DNA of 64,000 nt, taken from positions 2,790,001 through 2,854,000 of the forward strand of contig CATNEN010000041.1 in assembly GCA_950097015.1 (NCBI GenBank). The letters are read 5' to 3'. Both the position numbers and the translations under genes were made by a program. A model generated the notes under the pieces. It was given only the letters and a program-made list of their open reading frames with translations. It did no database searches and was not told the origin of the DNA. This document shows, one piece after another, positions 15,001 through 26,408 of this stretch; within the stretch, counting starts at the first letter, position 1; each line of letters begins with the position of its first letter. The DNA comes from Macrostomum hystrix. Taxonomy: Eukaryota > Animalia > Platyhelminthes.

Positions 15001-18000
15001 TCAGCCAGCTGTTATACTCAGAATGCATTCAGCCAGGTGTTATCATCAGAATGCATTCAGGCAGCTGTTTTCCTCAGAATGCATTCAGCCAGCTGTTATC
15101 CTCAGAATACATTCAGCCAGCTGTTATACTCAGAATACATTCAGCCAGCTGTTATACTCAGAATGCATTCAGGCAGCTGTTATACTCAGAATGCATTCAG
15201 CCAGCTGTTATCCTCAGAATACATTCAGCCAGCTGTTGTTCTCAGAATGCATTCAGCCAGCTGATTATCATCAGAATACATTCAGCCAGCTGTTATCCTC
15301 AGAATACATTCAGCCAGCTGTTATACTCAGAATGCATTCAGCCAGCTGTTATACTCAGAATGCATTCAGCCAGCTGTTATCCTCAGAATACATTCAGCCA
15401 GCTGTTATACTCAGAATGCATTCAGCCAGCTGTTTTCCTCAGAATACATTCAGCCAGCTGTTATTCTCAGAATACATTCAGCCAGCTGTTATACTCAGAA
15501 TGCATTCAGCCAGCTGTTATACTCAGAATGCATTCAGGCAGCTGTTTTCCTCAGAATGCATTCAGCCAGCTGTTATCCTCAGAATACTTTCAGCCAGCTG
15601 TTATACTCAGAATACATTCAGCCAGCTGTTATACTCAGAATACATTCAGCCAGCTGTTATACTCAGAATGCATTCAGCCAGCTGTTATACTCAGAATGCA
15701 TTCAGCCAGCTGTTATCCTCAGAATACATTCAGCCAGCTGTTATCCTCAGAATGCATTCAGCCAGCTGTTATACTCAGAATGCATTCAGCCAGCTGTTAT
15801 CCTCAGAATACATTCAGCCAGCTGTTATACTCAGAATGCATTCACCCAGCTGTTATACTCAGAATGCATTCAGCCAGCTGTTATCATCAGAATACATTCA
15901 GCCAGCTGTTATTCTCAGAATACATTCAGCCAGCTGTTATACTCAGAATGCATTCAGCCAGCTGTTTTCCTCAGAATACATTCAGCCAGCTGTTATCACC
16001 AGAATGCATTCAGCCAGCTGTTATACTCAGAATGCATTCAGCCAGCTGTTATACTCAGAATGCATTCAGCCAGCTGTTATCCTCAGAATACATTCAGCCA
16101 GCTGTTATACTCAGAATACATTCAGCCAGCTGTTATACTCAGAATGCATTCAGGCAGCTGTTATACTCAGAATGCATTCAGCCAGCTGTTATCCTCAGAA
16201 TACATTCAGCCAGCTGTTATTCTCAGAATGCATTCAGCCAGCTGATTATCATCAGAATACATTCAGCCAGCTGTTATCCTCAGAATACATTCAGCCAGCT
16301 GTTATACTCAGAATGCATTCAGCCAGCTGTTATCCTCAGAATACATTCAGCCAGCTGTTATACTCAGAATGCATTCAGCCAGCTGTTTTCCTCAGAATAC
16401 ATTCAGCCAGCTGTTATTCTCAGAATACATTCAGCCAGCTGTTATACTCAGAATGCATTCAGCCAGCTGTTATACTCAGAATGCATTCAGGCAGCTGTTT
16501 TCCTCAGAATGCATTCAGCCAGCTGTTATCCTCAGAATACTTTCAGCCAGCTGTTATACTCAGAATACATTCAGCCAGCTGTTATACTCAGAATACATTC
16601 AGCCAGCTGTTATACTCAGAATGCATTCAGCCAGCTGTTATACTCAGAATGCATTCAGCCAGCTGTTATACTCAGAATGCATTCAGCCAGCTGTTATACT
16701 CAGAATACATTCAGCCAGCTGTTATACTCAGAATGCATTCAGCCAGCTGTTTTCCTCAGAATACATTCAGCCAGCTGTTATACTCAGAATGCATTCAGCC
16801 AGCTGTTATTCTCAGAATACATTCAGCCAGCTGTTATACTCAGAATGCATTCAGCCAGCTGTTATCCTCAGAATACATTCAGCCAGCTGTTATCATCAGA
16901 ATACATTCAGCCAGCTGTTATCCTCAGAATGCATTCAGCTAGCTGTAATACTCAGAATGCATTCAGCCAGCTGTTATCACCAGAATGCATTCAGCCAGCT
17001 GTTATACTCAGAATGCATTCAGCCAGCTGTTATACTCAGAATGCATTCAGCCAGCTGTTATCCTCAGAATACATTCAGCCAGCTGTTATACTCAGAATAC
17101 ATTCAGCCAGCTGTTATACTCAGAATGCATTCAGGCAGCTGTTATACTCAGAATGCATTCAGCCAGCTGTTATCCTCAGAATACATTCAGCCAGCTGTTA
17201 TTCTCAGAATGCATTCAGCCAGCTGATTATCATCAGAATACATTCAGCCAGCTGTTATACTCAGAATACATTCAGCCAGCTGTTATACTCAGAATGCATT
17301 CAGCCAGCTGTTATCCTCAGAATACATTCAGCCAGCTGTTATACTCAGAATGCATTCAGCCAGCTGTTTTCCTCAGAATACATTCAGCCAGCTGTTATTC
17401 TCAGAATACATTCAGCCAGCTGTTATACTCAGAATGCATTCAGCCAGCTGTTATACTCAGAATGCATTCAGGCAGCTGTTTTCCTCAGAATGCATTCAGC
17501 CAGCTGTTATCCTCAGAATACTTTCAGCCAGCTGTTATACTCAGAATACATTCAGCCAGCTGTTATACTCAGAATACATTCAGCCAGCTGTTATACTCAG
17601 AATGCATTCAGCCAGCTGTTATACTCAGAATGCATTCAGCCAGCTGTTATACTCAGAATGCATTCAGCCAGCTGTTATACTCAGAATACATTCAGCCAGC
17701 TGTTATACTCAGAATGCATTCAGCCAGCTGTTTTCCTCAGAATACATTCAGCCAGCTGTTATACTCAGAATGCATTCAGCCAGCTGTTATTCTCAGAATA
17801 CATTCAGCCAGCTGTTATACTCAGAATGCATTCAGCCAGCTGTTATCCTCAGAATACATTCAGCCAGCTGTTATCATCAGAATACATTCAGCCAGCTGTT
17901 ATCCTCAGAATGCATTCAGCTAGCTGTAATACTCAGAATGCATTCAGCCAGCTGTTATCACCAGAATGCATTCAGCCAGCTGTTATACTCAGAATGCATT

Positions 18001-21000
18001 CAGCCAGCTGTTATACTCAGAATGCATTCAGCCAGCTGTTATCCTCAGAATACATTCAGCCAGCTGTTATCCTCAGAATGCATTCAGCCAGCTGTTATAC
18101 TCAGAATGCATTCAGCCAGCTGTTATACTCAGAATGCATTCAGCCAGCTGTTATACTCAGAATGCATTCAGCCAGCTGTTATACTCAGAATGCATTCAGC
18201 CAGCTGTTATCCTCAGAATACATTCAGCCAGCTGTTATACTCAGAATACATTCAGCCAGCTGTTATTCTCAGAATACATTCCGCCAGCTGTTATCCTCAG
18301 AATGCATTCAGCCAGCTGTTATACTCAGAATGCATTCAGCCAGCTGTTATCATCAGAATACATTCAGCCAGCTGTTATTCTCAGAATACATTCAGCCAGC
18401 TGTTATACTCAGAATGCATTCAGCCAGCTGTTTTCCTCAGAATACATTCAGCCAGCTGTTATTCTCAGAATACATTCAGCCAGCTGTTATACTCAGAATG
18501 CATTCAGCCAGCTGTTATCCTCAGAATACATTCAGCCAGCTGTTATACTCAGAATGCATTCACCCAGCTGTTATACTCAGAATGCATTCAGCCAGCTGTT
18601 ATCATCAGAATACATTCAGCCAGCTGTTATTCTCAGAATGCATTCAGCCAGCTGTTATACTCAGAATGCATTCAGCCAGCTGTTTTCCTCAGAATACATT
18701 CAGCCAGCTGTTATACTCAGAATGCATTCAGCCAGCTGTTATTCTCAGAATACATTCAGCCAGCTGTTATACTCAGAATGCATTCAGCCAGCTGTTATCC
18801 TCAGAATACATTCAGCCAGCTGTTATCATCAGAATACATTCAGCCAGCTGTTATCCTCAGAATGCATTCAGCTAGCTGTAATACTCAGAATGCATTCAGC
18901 CAGCTGTTATCACCAGAATGCATTCAGCCAGCTGTTATACTCAGAATGCATTCAGCCAGCTGTTATACTCAGAATGCATTCAGCCAGCTGTTATCCTCAG
19001 AATACATTCAGCCAGCTGTTATCCTCAGAATGCATTCAGCCAGCTGTTATACTCAGAATGCATTCAGCCAGCTGTTATACTCAGAATGCATTCAGCCAGC
19101 TGTTATACTCAGAATGCATTCAGCCAGCTGTTATACTCAGAATGCATTCAGCCAGCTGTTATCCTCAGAATACATTCAGCCAGCTGTTATACTCAGAATA
19201 CATTCAGCCAGCTGTTATTCTCAGAATACATTCCGCCAGCTGTTATCCTCAGAATGCATTCAGCCAGCTGTTATACTCAGAATGCATTCAGCCAGCTGTT
19301 ATCATCAGAATACATTCAGCCAGCTGTTATTCTCAGAATACATTCAGCCAGCTGTTATACTCAGAATGCATTCAGCCAGCTGTTTTCCTCAGAATACATT
19401 CAGCCAGCTGTTATTCTCAGAATACATTCAGCCAGCTGTTATACTCAGAATGCATTCAGCCAGCTGTTATCCTCAGAATACATTCAGCCAGCTGTTATAC
19501 TCAGAATGCATTCACCCAGCTGTTATACTCAGAATGCATTCCGCCAGCTGTTATCATCAGAATACATTCAGCCAGCTGTTATTCTCAGAATGCATTCAGC
19601 CAGCTGTTATACTCAGAATGCATTCAGCCAGCTGTTTTCCTCAGAATACATTCAGCCAGCTGTTATTCTCAGAATACATTCAGCCAGCTGTTATACTCAG
19701 AATGCATTCAGGCAGCTGTTTTCCTCAGAATGCATTCAGCCAGCTGTTATCCTCAGAATACATTCAGCCAGCTGTTATACTCAGAATACATTCAGCCAGC
19801 TGTTATACTCAGAATGCATTCAGCCAGCTGTTATACTCAGAATGCATTCAGCCAGCTGTTATCCTCAGAATACATTCAGCCAGCTGTTATTCTCAGAATG
19901 CATTCAGCCAGCTGATTATCATCAGAATACATTCAGCCAGCTGTTATCCTCAGAATACATTCAGCCAGCTGTTATACTCAGAATGCATTCAGCCAGCTGT
20001 TATACTCAGAATGCATTCAGCCAGCTGTTATCCTCAGAATACATTCAGCCAGCTGTTATACTCAGAATGCATTCAGCCAGCTGTTTTCCTCAGAATACAT
20101 TCAGCCAGCTGTTATTCTCAGAATACATTCAGCCAGCTGTTATACTCAGAATGCATTCAGCCAGCTGTTATACTCAGAATGCATTCAGGCAGCTGTTTTC
20201 CTCAGAATGCATTCAGCCAGCTGTTATCCTCAGAATACTTTCAGCCAGCTGTTATACTCAGAATACATTCAGCCAGCTGTTATACTCAGAATACATTCAG
20301 CCAGCTGTTATACTCAGAATGCATTCAGCCAGCTGTTATACTCAGAATGCATTCAGCCAGCTGTTTTACTCAGAATGCATTCAGCCAGCTGTTATACTCA
20401 GAATACATTCAGCCAGCTGTTATACTCAGAATGCATTCAGCCAGCTGTTTTCCTCAGAATACATTCAGCCAGCTGTTATACTCAGAATGCATTCAGCCAG
20501 CTGTTATTCTCAGAATACATTCAGCCAGCTGTTATACTCAGAATGCATTCAGCCAGCTGTTATCCTCAGAATACATTCAGCCAGCTGTTATCATCAGAAT
20601 ACATTCAGCCAGCTGTTATCCTCAGAATGCATTCAGCTAGCTGTAATACTCAGAATGCATTCAGCCAGCTGTTATCACCAGAATGCATTCAGCCAGCTGT
20701 TATACTCAGAATGCATTCAGCCAGCTGTTATACTCAGAATGCATTCAGCCAGCTGTTATCCTCAGAATACATTCAGCCAGCTGTTATCCTCAGAATGCAT
20801 TCAGCCAGCTGTTATACTCAGAATGCATTCAGCCAGCTGTTATACTCAGAATGCATTCAGCCAGCTGTTATACTCAGAATGCATTCAGCCAGCTGTTATA
20901 CTCAGAATGCATTCAGCCAGCTGTTATCCTCAGAATACATTCAGCCAGCTGTTATACTCAGAATACATTCAGCCAGCTGTTATTCTCAGAATACATTCAG

Positions 21001-21790
21001 CCAGCTGTTATCCTCAGAATGCATTCAGCCAGCTGTTATACTCAGAATGCATTCAGCCAGCTGTTATCATCAGAATACATTCAGCCAGCTGTTATTCTCA
21101 GAATACATTCAGCCAGCTGTTATACTCAGAATGCATTCAGCCAGCTGTTATCCTCAGAATACATTCAGCCAGCTGTTATTCTCAGAATACATTCAGCCAG
21201 CTGTTATACTCAGAATGCATTCAGCCAGCTGTTATCCTCAGAATACATTCAGCCAGCTGTTATACTCAGAATGCATTCACCCAGCTGTTATACTCAGAAT
21301 GCATTCAGCCAGCTGTTATCATCAGAATACATTCAGCCAGCTGTTATTCTCAGAATACATTCAGCCAGCTGTTATACTCAGAATGCATTCAGCCAGCTGT
21401 TTTCCTCAGAATACATTCAGCCAGCTGTTATTCTCAGAATACATTCAGCCAGCTGTTATACTCAGAATGCATTCAGGCAGCTGTTTTCCTCAGAATGCAT
21501 TCAGCCAGCTGTTATCCTCAGAATACATTCAGCCAGCTGTTATTCTCAGAATGCATTCAGCCAGCTGATTATCATCAGAATACATTCAGCCAGCTGTTAT
21601 ACTCAGAATGCATTCAGCCAGCTGTTATACTCAGAATGCATTCAGCCAGCTGTTATACTCAGAATGCATTCAGCCAGCTGTTATACTCAGAATGCATTCA
21701 GCCAGCTGTTATACTCAGAATGCATTCAGCCAGCTGTTATACTCAGAATGCATTCAGCCAGCTGTTATCCTCAGAATACATTCAGCTAGC
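1..21790. repeat. 28-bp satellite DNA array (consensus TCAGCCAGCTGTTATACTCAGAATGCAT), about 780 monomers, continuing beyond the left edge, with variable higher-order repeats
   Basis: Continuous head-to-tail 28-mers with a small set of recurring variants (TATAC/TATCC/TATTC/TTTCC/TATCA; ATGCAT/ATACAT; 29-bp GCTGATTATCATC; TCAGCTAGCTGTAAT). The array ends abruptly at ...TCAGCTAGCT|ACTTTGG near 21790. Confidence 0.99.
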
Positions 21791-23097
21791 TACTTTGGCA
21801 GGTGAATAATTAATATATATTTTCGTCCAAAATCACCCTGTTAGAAAGGGTTCGTGTTTGCTGTTTACACGTTTAATTCCGCTTTGCTGCGGAGTGTATT
21901 GCACAGGCAGGTAATTGTCTGCTTCATAGTCTTACTCATCTCGCAACGCCGGGTTGGGTGCTTGACTGAGAGCAGAGTAGGTATTTCTTGATATTAGGCC
22001 AGTAAGACTTATGAATGATTCCACTATTTTCTAATCGATAGGTATCTTTTGACCTTTAGTGACCTAAATGTTGAACCAGCAGCTCCACTTGCTTATTGAC
22101 AAATAGTCAATAGTTGACTGTGTCAAGCAAGCACTGTTGTTTTCGCAGTGTATTACTCGTAGATATTAGTTATAGGCATGAGCAAGAGAAGGTCCAGTGC
22201 ATTTGACTAAAAATTAATTTTTATCAGCCCAAAAGCGGTTTTCCGAGAACCGGTTCCGAGGCCTTTTGCTTGCAGATGTGATTTCTGGGTTTGGCAGCTT
22301 TCGGTAAGGCGCCGGGCCCGTGCTTTAGCAGCTCAATAGGAAACCAGCCCTGCCCCCCCGGCGTTATCAATGCGCTCGAACCGGACTGAACCGGTTGCCG
22401 ACCAGCTGCGCAAGCTGGTCCTCGCAGTATCGCCTGTTCGCCGACCTCGTGCGCCAGGGAAAGTCTCAAAGCCGTGTTTACGCCGGGCTGCAGTGCTCGC
22501 TCCTATCTGTCACATGACACAGTCACATACTGTCATTGCACCATGCAATCGGAGTTGGTTTGAGCAGCTAATGACAAACAATTATAAATAGTAGAGGCAG
22601 GTGCTAACATTTCTCAAACTTCCTGCCGACGGAGTCATTCATTTAGGAAAAAAATTATTTCAATTTCAAATCTTTCGTGGAGTGCCGAGCAATCCGAGCA
22701 ATGGCCACCGAAGGCAAGTTTCGAATCCGCCATTTTATAGCCTCGTAGCTGTTATCTCGGTCTGGCTTGCCGCGGATGGCCCAGTGTAAAGGTCCTTGGT
22801 TTTTTCCACTGCCGTGTCTGAAGTCAGACGGAGCATTGAGCCAGTGACATTCAGGGGAAAACCCCAGGCTCATTTCAGGCCATTTAGATTACAGGCAATT
22901 CAATTGGGTATTTTCCATCAGAGGAAGAACCCCACCCATGTCTGCCCGGACCGGCAATGTACACTGGGACAGACAGTATGGATTTTCCTTCCTTTCCTAT
23001 AAAGCCAGCACGCAGCCCGTACGCTGCCCTAGCAGCCTCGTCAGCGATCTATTTTTAGAGCTCTAACTGAACAGAAGATTTCCATAGCAAGCTCGCC

Positions 23098-25135
23098 ATG
23101 AAAAACATTTTCGGTAAGCCTTGATTTGAGCTACTGCGTGTCACAGCGATAATAAACATGATCTGATATTGCTCCAATTAGCAATGGTACGGTGTGTGAA
23201 ATACTTGTGAAAGTGCCTAAACTGCGCACATGCAATTTGTTCCGGGTTTGTGTTTGTCAGGCTGGAGTTCATGACCCAGGAGATCAGGTCTAGGCCTGCA
23301 ACCATTTGTTGTTGGTTCTTGTAGAAGTGGATGATTTCACAACAGTTCAACATCAATTTCGGTCCCTCAGACACGCGGAAAAACATGACCAACTACTGGA
23401 AGGAGCACGGTCAAGCCACGGTGGAGATGATGATGTTAGATGAGAACGCGTCGACCATCGCCGAAAAGGAGGCACAGGAGGTTCTTGGCATGCTGCCGCA
23501 GCTTGAAGGCTTGACAGTGGTGGAGCTGGGAGCAGGCATCGGTAGGTTCACTCAGTACCTGGCGCCCAGGGTCGCGCATCTACAGGCCTTCGACTTCATG
23601 CAGAACTTTATTGATAAAAACCGCGAGCTTAACGGTCACCATAGCAACGTCGAATTCGGAGTTGCTGACGTCACTAAGCTGATCCTTTCGACTGGTGGCT
23701 CGGATTTCGTGTTCTCAAACTGGCTGTTCATGTACCTTGACGACTTCGAGGTTATCAATGTCTTCAAGAAGGTCCTCGACTGGCTGCGTCCTGAAGGCTA
23801 CTTCTTCTTTCGCGAGTCCTGCTTCCACAAGTCGGGCTCCGTAGCGCGGACCGACAATCCCACGCGCTACCGGACGCCCCAGCAGTACAATGATCTTCTG
23901 CTAGAGGCCGCGACAGGAGGCAGCTGCAAGTTCAGCGTGTTGTACGCCAGACCCAGCCGGACCTACATTAGCTACAAGCAGAACCGCAACCAGATGTGCT
24001 GGCTGGTTCAGAAGGTCCCCGCGGCTGCTGACGAAGTTCGGCGTCAGCGCAAATCAGAGCGCCTATTCTCGGAGGCCAACATCGGCAAGCTAGAGGCGAT
24101 GTTCGGCAAGAGCTTCTTGTCTGATGGGGGCATCTCCAGCACCCGCGAGCTATGTGAAAAACTGGGTGTAAGATCGGGCGAGCGAGTTCTGGACGTTGGC
24201 TGCGGGTTAGGAGACACCTCCATGTACTTAGTGCAGGAGTATGGAGCCAATGTCATCGGCATTGACGTCTCCGGCCCCATGATCAGTGTGGCACTGCAGC
24301 GGGCCAATCAGCTCGGTGTGCCCAACGTGAGTCTCAAATCTTATTTCAGCTTGACTTCTGCGACAAAAACAGAACCATCCACCCATCTCACCCTTTTGCT
24401 GTTCCACCAGGTCTTCTTTGAGGTGGCAGACATTGAGACTTACGATCTGTACGAGGAGGCGTCCTTCGATGTCATATATAGCAGAGACGTACTGCAATAT
24501 GTTGGCGCCAAGGATAAGGTGCTCGCCAAGTACTATGTGAGTACTCTTCTCGTCCATGCTCAAAACTTTCAAAATTTTACATTTTCGTGTGCCGTCAATG
24601 GATTAGCTATTTGCAATAGCTACGAGTACTTACTTTGTCTTAAGTTTGAGAGATGCGTGCTGAACACTGATTGCAGAAGTGGCTGAAGCCGGGGGGCCGC
24701 CTACTCATCTCCGACTACTGCCTGCACAGCAGCGACAACCCGGAGCAGTCTGGCCTGGACAGCTTCTGGTCGCGTCGGCCACACCGGCTCTGCACAGTGG
24801 AGGACTACGCCTCCCTGCTAACTGAGAACCAGTTCCTCACGCTCACCACGGAGGACATCACGCCCTGGTGCCAGCAGATCACAATGATGGAGCTCGATCT
24901 ACTGGAAAAGAACAAAAAACTGTTTGTCGATGTGAGTTGGGTCTTCAACGAATATTTCTGTTCGATATCCCAAGAATTCTCCCTCAGTGCCAAAAGAATC
25001 TTTCCTTCGCCTGCGCAGGAATTCGGCGAGAAGAGCTTCGAGCTAACGAGACGCAACTGGCGGCGTCGGCTGACGATGTGCATGAACCAGGAGCTGCTGT
25101 GGGTCCTGTTCAGTGCCATCAAGCGCGAGGAATGA
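23098..25135 (+). CDS. PMT: Phosphoethanolamine N-methyltransferase, two tandem SAM-methyltransferase domains, 5 exons (23098-23113, 23371-24326, 24411-24536, 24677-24931, 25019-25135)
   Basis: N-domain motifs YWKEH, MMMLD, VVELGAGIGRFT, FSNWLFMYL and FFFRESCFHKSG..R..NPTRYR match plant/nematode PEAMT. The C-domain has VLDVGCGLG, IYSRD and WLKPGGRLLISDY. All introns are GT..AG with matching phases. Exon 1 (ATGAAAAACATTTTCG|gtaag) is inferred. Confidence 0.92.
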
Positions 25136-25695
25136 ACCGGCGCATCCAACATGGTCACCGTAGCAGGACCAGCTTTGACACTGTCCATCATCCTATTCTT
25201 CTAATGCGCTGGCATCTTGAACAAATTTCGCAGCTAGTAGCTATGGAATGGCTGTTGATCAAACAGGACCTTGCAGCCAACTATTATTATCTATAAATTT
25301 TTTTAATCCTTCGAGTGTTCATTTAATGCATTACCCAGAAATATGAAAGTGAAACATAATATTTCAAGCGCATTATTTCTGTAAAAAATCGCAACTACTT
25401 TTTTTGGAAAGCCTGATCTGCAAACCCGTGACCTAGTTATAGTTTCTCAGGTAGGTAAATTGAAAAAATGCTGTATTTATGCTTGATATTATAATAATTT
25501 TCGTTACCACTCTTTATTGTTCTGACTGATGTAGAAGCGATGCAAGTCGGCCTTCGTGTTGTTTATTTTAATGCTCGTAGCTTCGCGATGACTAGAGTAC
25601 ACATTAATCTTGGACCTGCATCTTCTGCTCTTTCGCGTCATTTGATAGAGTAATCGAAAAATTTAGCTTATATTTTTTTCCCAATGCGCCATGGT

Positions 25696-25823
25696 TACAT
25701 GCGAATATCGTACATGATTTTGCACGAACTCGCTGCAGAGCTCTTTTATATCCATAGCTACATGCGAATATCGTACATTATTTTGCACGAACTCGCTGCA
25801 GAGCTCATTTATATCCATAGCTA
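25696..25823. repeat. 63-bp tandem duplication (2 copies)
   Basis: TACATGCGAATATCGTACAT...TATATCCATAGC at 25696 and 25759, with two mismatches seen. Confidence 0.85.
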
Positions 25824-25974
25824 CGATTGTAGAATCCAGTGCAATTTTTTTTAAATTAACAATTTTAGATTCAGACCGAACTTAAAACAATGTACGAGTA
25901 AGTTTGAGCACTGCTCATAATAAAGCAAGACTGCGTACGGATGTTCAATCCTTGGGCTGGGGGGGACGCAACAC

Positions 25975-26082
25975 TCGCCCTCAATTACCCCTGCTAATGC
26001 TGGTACCCATTTAACAAGTGTCGGGAAATGAACGCCGGACCTTTCAGTCGTGAGTCCGACGCCCTAACCACTAGGCGTACAG
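25975..26082 (-). mobile_element. Internally deleted tRNA-derived SINE, same family as 47690-47939
   Basis: Shares CAATTACCCC(T/A)GCTAATGCTGGTACC and GTCGTGAGTCCGACGC(C/T)CTAACCACTAG with the 47.7-kb copy, but the central CORE-like part is missing. Confidence 0.75.
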
Positions 26083-26408
26083 CTAGAAACTGGCTTTTGA
26101 TTCTGTAAGTCCCTCCACCTCCCTCAAAAAAGTGTTCCAGATTTTCAAACAAAACTATTTAATAAAAATCATGGAGAACAGAGTCGACAATTTCAATCTA
26201 GTATACAGGTCGTGGTTTGAAGATGTCATTCCAGTTTCCCAAAATCCTTTAAAAAGTGTGAATACGCTTGATAGGTCGCAGTCTGGAGACCAATCGGACT
26301 CTGATAATTGGAATGAAGGAGGAAAAGTTTAGCAAAAAGTTTTCTTGTCAGATGAGTAAATACACTGTACTCGGATCCGTGGTCACAACTGTCGATGGAT
26401 CCAGGACG

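Noticed and set aside
1-21790. CRISPR array
   Set aside because: No unique spacers, no cas genes, eukaryotic context.
23-21809. Dozens of very long plus-strand ORFs (up to 1573 aa) with MHSASCY.../QPAVILR repeats
   Set aside because: A 28-bp monomer with no plus-strand stop cycles through all three frames, so all frames are open. This is a fairly likely chance property of a 28-mer. Breaks come only from rare variants, and there is no frame preference.
22200-23050. GC-rich patches and short ORFs on both strands, including a PLHWA ankyrin-like word
   Set aside because: No consistent splice model or recognisable domain could be built; left unresolved.
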